A stretch of 21,261 nt of DNA from an uncultured virus (IMG/VR IMGVR_UViG_3300030330_002808) (taxonomy: Duplodnaviria > Heunggongvirae > Uroviricota > Caudoviricetes), in IMG/VR virus record IMGVR_UViG_3300030330_002808, positions 62,001-83,261 of that record. One strand, 5' to 3'. Below are positions 17,754-21,261 of the stretch, in pieces (positions within the stretch are counted from its first letter, which is position 1; each line of letters starts with the position of its first letter). The notes under the pieces are model-generated. The model had not been told where the DNA came from, made no database searches, and saw only the letters and a list, made by a program, of their open reading frames with translations. Made by a program: the position numbers and the translations under genes.

Positions 17754-18233
17754 TTAGACAAACAAATCTACTGCTTTACCTATTATGGGTTTATATTTTG
17801 TTTTACCATCTTCTCTATATGCATGTAAAAAACTAGCTCTAGGTGTTGCTTCGGTATAACTACAATGTATCCATCCACTATTAGGTTCACCTGGTGTGTA
17901 AAACTCTAAGATTAGCTGGTCATATGGAAGCTCCCTTTTAATCCAATCAGCGAGCTCACAATTATCCACACCAACACATTCGAAGTCTGCGGCCTCGGCC
18001 TTGGCGTGCTGTGAATTTGCAGAACTACCAATAGCCATACATAATTCTACGCTACGGAAACCGCTGGTTATCTTTACCCTGCCAAAATGGTCACGTATCG
18101 GCTGTAAAATTTTTTCACATAAATTTTTTAATTTTTCTATCTGTTCCGCATTAGGATTATTGTTTATACCCTTACGTATTGCAGTATCTGATTTAGTTAG
18201 CTCAGAAAGAGTAAAATTACGTGATAAATTCAT
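17754..18233 (-). CDS. Peptidase M15A-family Zn peptidase, probable endolysin
   Basis: LSRNFTLSEL; ITSGFRS; SQHAKAEAADF (H-x6-D); WIHCSY (third ligand); GGAAGG upstream. Confidence 0.88.
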   Translation of the reverse strand: MNLSRNFTLSELTKSDTAIRKGINNNPNAEQIEKLKNLCEKILQPIRDHFGRVKITSGFRSVELCMAIGSSANSQHAKAEAADFECVGVDNCELADWIKRELPYDQLILEFYTPGEPNSGWIHCSYTEATPRASFLHAYREDGKTKYKPIIGKAVDLFV

Positions 18234-18333
18234 GTTTTTTATCCTTCCTATTATATACTTTTTTTGATTTAATTATACGTTGTTTGAATCTTCTATCCCT
18301 CAATAATTTTGCCATATTATTGCGTTTATTCAA
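18217..18333 (-). CDS. Small basic ArfA-like peptide (38 aa from TTG 18333, or 32 aa from ATG 18315)
   Basis: Not in track. (MNKRNN)MAKLLRDRRFKQRIIKSKKVYNRKDKKHEFIT*; fills the gap and overlaps the endolysin start. Confidence 0.55.
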   Translation of the reverse strand: MNKRNNMAKLLRDRRFKQRIIKSKKVYNRKDKKHEFIT

Positions 18334-18538
18334 TGATGAGTTTTTTGATTGACCTTGAGCCATCAATATTATCCTCTAATTCTGCCTTACCCTTCCAACA
18401 TTTGTATGTAACAGACTCAGAAAAAGTCCTCTCCGCTTCGCGTTTCCCGCGCAAACACATCGCCATTGAGTCTTGCAGTCGTGCCTCTTTAATTTCTCCA
18501 TTTATAAACATAAGTAATCCTACAACAGCTTCTATCAT
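18326..18538 (-). CDS. Hypothetical protein with hydrophobic N-terminus and two Cys (70 aa)
   Basis: MIEAVVGLLMF...CLRGKR...YKCW; ATGA coupling upstream. Confidence 0.65.
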   Translation of the reverse strand: MIEAVVGLLMFINGEIKEARLQDSMAMCLRGKREAERTFSESVTYKCWKGKAELEDNIDGSRSIKKLIIE

Positions 18539-18705
18539 ACTACTTTACCTTTGTTTTCACCTTCTTTAATTACATATCTCTGTGTACCATTCTTACCATG
18601 TTCTACAGATTTTTTTAATTCTTTTACATAATTCATCTGTTTAGCTTCTTTGTTTACATGTGTTATGTAATCTAAAATTTTTCTAGTTATTCGACCCGTT
18701 GCCAT
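18535..18705 (-). CDS. Hypothetical basic protein (56 aa)
   Basis: Start revised to ATG 18705 (MATGRITRK), which shortens the overlap; GAG upstream. Confidence 0.55.
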   Translation of the reverse strand: MATGRITRKILDYITHVNKEAKQMNYVKELKKSVEHGKNGTQRYVIKEGENKGKVV

Positions 18706-19108
18706 TGTATTTGTACTCTCTGTTTGCATCTTTTAATTTTTCTATATCAGATAAAACCTTGTCCATTTGTTTAGTTAAAAACTCGATGTTCACTTTATTT
18801 AAAGCCATATCCTCAATGTGTTTGTTGATACGATCGGTAGTCTTATAAAGATCCTCCAACATCATGTATTGCTCGGAATCTGCCGGAAGACTCCCCATTT
18901 GACCCCGCGGCCACTTGATTCTAAACTCTGTGTTCTGTTCAACATCCTGCTCCATTATTTTAATTTTAGTGTCTGCAATGTTTAGACGTTCAACCATCTG
19001 AAAATAGCCCATGGTACCAAGTGCTACAATTATAATCAGAGAGGCAACTGTCTTCATAGGCATTTGGACAGCTGCCGACTCTGATATTGTTAATGGTTTT
19101 TTACTCAT
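18683..19108 (-). CDS. Single-TM coiled-coil membrane protein (possible lysis accessory)
   Basis: Start revised to ATG 19108 (SD GGAG; ATGA overlap). TM segment VASLIIIVALGTMGYF followed by heptad-like helices. Confidence 0.6.
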   Translation of the reverse strand: MSKKPLTISESAAVQMPMKTVASLIIIVALGTMGYFQMVERLNIADTKIKIMEQDVEQNTEFRIKWPRGQMGSLPADSEQYMMLEDLYKTTDRINKHIEDMALNKVNIEFLTKQMDKVLSDIEKLKDANREYKYNGNGSNN

Positions 19109-19182
19109 TTTCTCCAATCAAAAAGCCATGATAAATACCACCTCCACATAGCTTTTATTTTACTTTTAATTTTCTCCCACAT
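19105..19182 (-). CDS. 25-aa Trp/Lys-rich amphipathic peptide
   Basis: Not in track. MWEKIKSKIKAMWRWYLSWLFDWRK*; AGGGGG upstream; stop overlaps the next ATG (ATGA). Confidence 0.62.
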   Translation of the reverse strand: MWEKIKSKIKAMWRWYLSWLFDWRK

Positions 19183-19192
19183 AATCGTCCCC

Positions 19193-19834
19193 CTATTTCT
19201 TATTTTTCATTTGGTAGAACATTTTATCAGAATCCTCGGTTACTAATCTAGTGTCTTCTGCATCCCAATAAGTGGTTTGTACCTTGTAATCTGGCCAAGA
19301 ATTATCTGTCGTATAACTGTTAATATGCCATAATAAACGATTATTTGGTTGAGCTGCGTAATTACCATTATCGAGCTCTAGTATGTGTGCACACTTATGT
19401 TCTTGCGGTATTTCAGAATGTTCTACATCTAATATGTTTACGTCAGGATGTGCCCAGTCAATGGTAAATAAATATTTACCATGATAAAATTTTTTATCTA
19501 ATCCTAAAAATTTTCCTTTTACGCCATCCAACCAATCAAAACAAGTAACACTAGGCCAGTAACTGAAACAGTTCCACAATTCCAACTCGTGCGGCTGCAT
19601 ATCGGGCACTTTGGTTCTATCATATGATTTTTGGAAAAACGCTGAGATAGGCAGTCTCCAATAGCACGCACCGTTGGGTAACATGATATTAAATAGGATA
19701 GCACGCCCTGAAATACTTGTAAGAGCAAAGATAACACAATCTTCACTTTCTCCATGATGCTCTTTAAGGTCATACAGATATTCCTTTCTTACTTTACAAT
19801 ATATTGGAGGTAGATTTGCGTTCAGATATGCCAT
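19193..19834 (-). CDS. Conserved phage protein of unknown function (213 aa)
   Basis: MAYLNANLP...WRLPISAF...LWNCFSY...YLFTIDW...EHKCAH...AAQPNNR; aromatic-rich globular composition. Confidence 0.7.
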   Translation of the reverse strand: MAYLNANLPPIYCKVRKEYLYDLKEHHGESEDCVIFALTSISGRAILFNIMLPNGACYWRLPISAFFQKSYDRTKVPDMQPHELELWNCFSYWPSVTCFDWLDGVKGKFLGLDKKFYHGKYLFTIDWAHPDVNILDVEHSEIPQEHKCAHILELDNGNYAAQPNNRLLWHINSYTTDNSWPDYKVQTTYWDAEDTRLVTEDSDKMFYQMKNKK

Positions 19835-19934
19835 TTTTATATTTGTTCCTCCAATATTCTTTTCTTTCTAATCTTCTTATTCTATAATCAAATTTGTCTA
19901 AACCCAATAGTTTAGAAAAAAAAGTTTTTAACAT
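19794..19934 (-). CDS. Hypothetical small basic protein (46 aa; alternative start 19940)
   Basis: Not in track. MLKTFFSKLLGLDKFDYRIRRLERKEYWRNKYKNGISERKSTSNIL*; spans an otherwise empty 93-nt gap. Confidence 0.45.
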   Translation of the reverse strand: MLKTFFSKLLGLDKFDYRIRRLERKEYWRNKYKNGISERKSTSNIL

Positions 19935-20530
19935 TTCCATCTTCTTCTCGCTTGTCTAAGTCTTGAATTAGGATCTTTAGCAGCTTTTGGAAACTTCTTC
20001 ATTTGTCCTAAACTTCTAGCACAAAATGATTTACGTCTCTTTGCATCTTTTGACCCAGGCTTGACTTTACCTGTAACTGCAGTTTTTAACTTTGATCCAG
20101 GATTTGCTCGTCTGTAAGCGGCCACTCCTGCTTTTGTCATTCCAGCACCTTTTTCTGTAGGTCTAAAATTTTTTTTATTTCTTTTAGGCATTACATCACC
20201 GCCTCTTCTATAATATTTTTTAAAATAAACGCCTTTGTAATCGCCTGTTATGTCTATTCCCATTTCAGATTCTGGAAATAAATTAGGTAGGTGTTTTTTA
20301 CTCATTACACCTCTTCTAATTCTTATCCCGGTGTCACCTTTTTTTCCAAAATCTTTTTCTGTAAGATAGCCTTTGCGTTCTTTCTCTGTGGTCACAGGAG
20401 ATAGACCAAAATCATACTTAATTATTTTTTTATCTTTTAATTTAGGTCCTATAAGATCTTTAGATTTTTTTTCTCCTGATCTAGCCTCAGGTTTTTTATT
20501 TATTAACGCAATTTTATTAAACTTATCCAT
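19928..20530 (-). CDS. Basic protein with C-terminal DUF6321-like domain
   Basis: GMTKAGVAAYRRANPGSKLKTAV...KRRKSFCARSLG...DPNSRLRQARRRWKC. Family name recalled, not searched. Confidence 0.65.
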   Translation of the reverse strand: MDKFNKIALINKKPEARSGEKKSKDLIGPKLKDKKIIKYDFGLSPVTTEKERKGYLTEKDFGKKGDTGIRIRRGVMSKKHLPNLFPESEMGIDITGDYKGVYFKKYYRRGGDVMPKRNKKNFRPTEKGAGMTKAGVAAYRRANPGSKLKTAVTGKVKPGSKDAKRRKSFCARSLGQMKKFPKAAKDPNSRLRQARRRWKC

Positions 20531-20536
20531 TTAATA

Positions 20537-21139
20537 CTAAGCATCAAAATAAACAGTCACCGAATTACAACTTGCTTCTGAAAAACTTACAAAAGCACCA
20601 TTTTTATAAAGGATTCCATCTTGTGGAATGTTAATAGTGCTTATATCTCCCTCAGTTGCAGTTGTTCTAACTGTCAATAATGAAGTTCCAGAAATACTTT
20701 GGTTTCTTACCTCAACACTTCCAATCGCACCACCTGAACCTACGTTTGCTTGTCTCACTCTTGTTCTGCCTTGAAAAATACTTCCAAAAACATCAGCAGT
20801 CATTCCTAAAGAAACGTTTGCTGCAGGTTGTGCACTAACTGTTGCAGAAGTTATTGTTAGAAAAGCACCTGTAGTTCCGGACGTGGTTGTCGCTGAACCT
20901 GGTAATGTAATCACCTCAGTAAGAGCATCTCCATTTTCATCTGTTCCAACAATAGTTATTGTTTTTCCACCATCACTTGAACCAGTTGTAGTAGCTGTAA
21001 TTTTTCTAGCTGTGTTAGTGCCAAAAGAACTTTTTGCTAAAGTAAACGTAGTTGTTGGTTGAGCAGCAGCGGCAACAAAAGAAGCAGAAGAAGCGTTTGT
21101 GTCTATAAAAGTTTTTGACTTTACGTCACCCATGTACAT
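20537..21139 (-). CDS. S/T/A/G-rich virion protein, possibly head decoration (200 aa)
   Basis: Start revised to ATG 21139 (SD AGGAG; alternative 21133); the longer track start lies inside a hairpin. Beta-rich; ITIVGTDENG; IPQDGILY. Confidence 0.6.
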   Translation of the reverse strand: MYMGDVKSKTFIDTNASSASFVAAAAQPTTTFTLAKSSFGTNTARKITATTTGSSDGGKTITIVGTDENGDALTEVITLPGSATTTSGTTGAFLTITSATVSAQPAANVSLGMTADVFGSIFQGRTRVRQANVGSGGAIGSVEVRNQSISGTSLLTVRTTATEGDISTINIPQDGILYKNGAFVSFSEASCNSVTVYFDA

Positions 21140-21158
21140 TTTTTTTTCTCCTATGTTT

Positions 21159-21178
21159 GTGGCTCCCGAAGGAGCCAC
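21159..21178 (-). other. GC-rich intergenic hairpin with C(UUCG)G tetraloop
   Basis: GTGGCTCC-TTCG-GGAGCCAC, perfect 8-bp stem; no U-tract follows on the minus strand. Confidence 0.8.
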
Positions 21179-21188
21179 TAGTTATTTA

Positions 21189-21261
21189 TTAGCTCCAAGG
21201 ATTAGCAAATGTTCCATTACCAATCAATTGTGCACTTATTTGCCAGTTCAAAGCAGAGATT
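21189..21261 (-). CDS. 3' end of an upstream gene (probably head-associated), truncated
   Basis: ...ISALNWQISAQLIGNGTFANPWS followed by TAA TAA. Confidence 0.6.
   Translation of the reverse strand, partial: ISALNWQISAQLIGNGTFANPWS

Noticed and set aside
1252..18569. All plus-strand ORFs in the track (e.g. 1252-1524, 6504-6920, 13126-13590, 18001-18267, 18309-18569)
   Set aside because: Antisense shadows of well-supported minus-strand genes, with no recognisable motifs.
19519..19773. Nested 84-aa hydrophobic ORF with CPIC, considered as an embedded spanin or holin
   Set aside because: Entirely inside a conserved-looking gene; non-ATG start as called; no convincing SD or lipobox.
19897..19923. 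Hairpin TCTAAAC-n6-GTTTAGA next to an A8 run
   Set aside because: Weak AT-rich stem; the T-run precedes the stem on the coding strand, so it is not an intrinsic terminator; lies in a probable small ORF.
1..21261. CRISPR array, tRNA/rRNA, integrase/transposase, reverse transcriptase/DGR, genetic-code reassignment
   Set aside because: No spaced repeats, RNA gene or such enzymes seen by eye; genes tile cleanly under the standard code with TAA, TAG and TGA all used as stops.

Overview
AT-rich (roughly one-third GC by eye), densely packed segment of a tailed dsDNA bacteriophage. All credible genes are on the minus strand. Gene content and order point to the late (virion morphogenesis and lysis) module of a short-tailed, podovirus-type phage resembling uncultured marine phages; an AT-rich alphaproteobacterial host such as SAR11 is an inference only. 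In transcription order (right to left): head-associated proteins; a basic DUF6321-like protein; a conserved hypothetical; small membrane proteins and an M15A peptidase endolysin; a 2OG-Fe(II) oxygenase; three very basic GG-motif proteins; two adaptor-like proteins; tail proteins and a Gly-rich tail fibre; a block with two more 2OG-Fe(II) oxygenases; a large tail nozzle; two glycosyltransferases (GT-B, GT-A); a GNAT-like protein; and internal ejection proteins running off the left end. Seven ORFs absent from the supplied track were read by hand: two truncated at the window edges and five small ones, including an ArfA-like peptide and a 25-aa Trp/Lys amphipathic peptide. Most notable: a candidate hydroxylation-plus-glycosylation system embedded among tail genes; a recurrent basic-hydrophobic-x-x-GG motif together with a lambda gpH-like 'GEFV' domain; and the ArfA-like mini-gene. 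All functional calls come from motif recognition; no database search was run.
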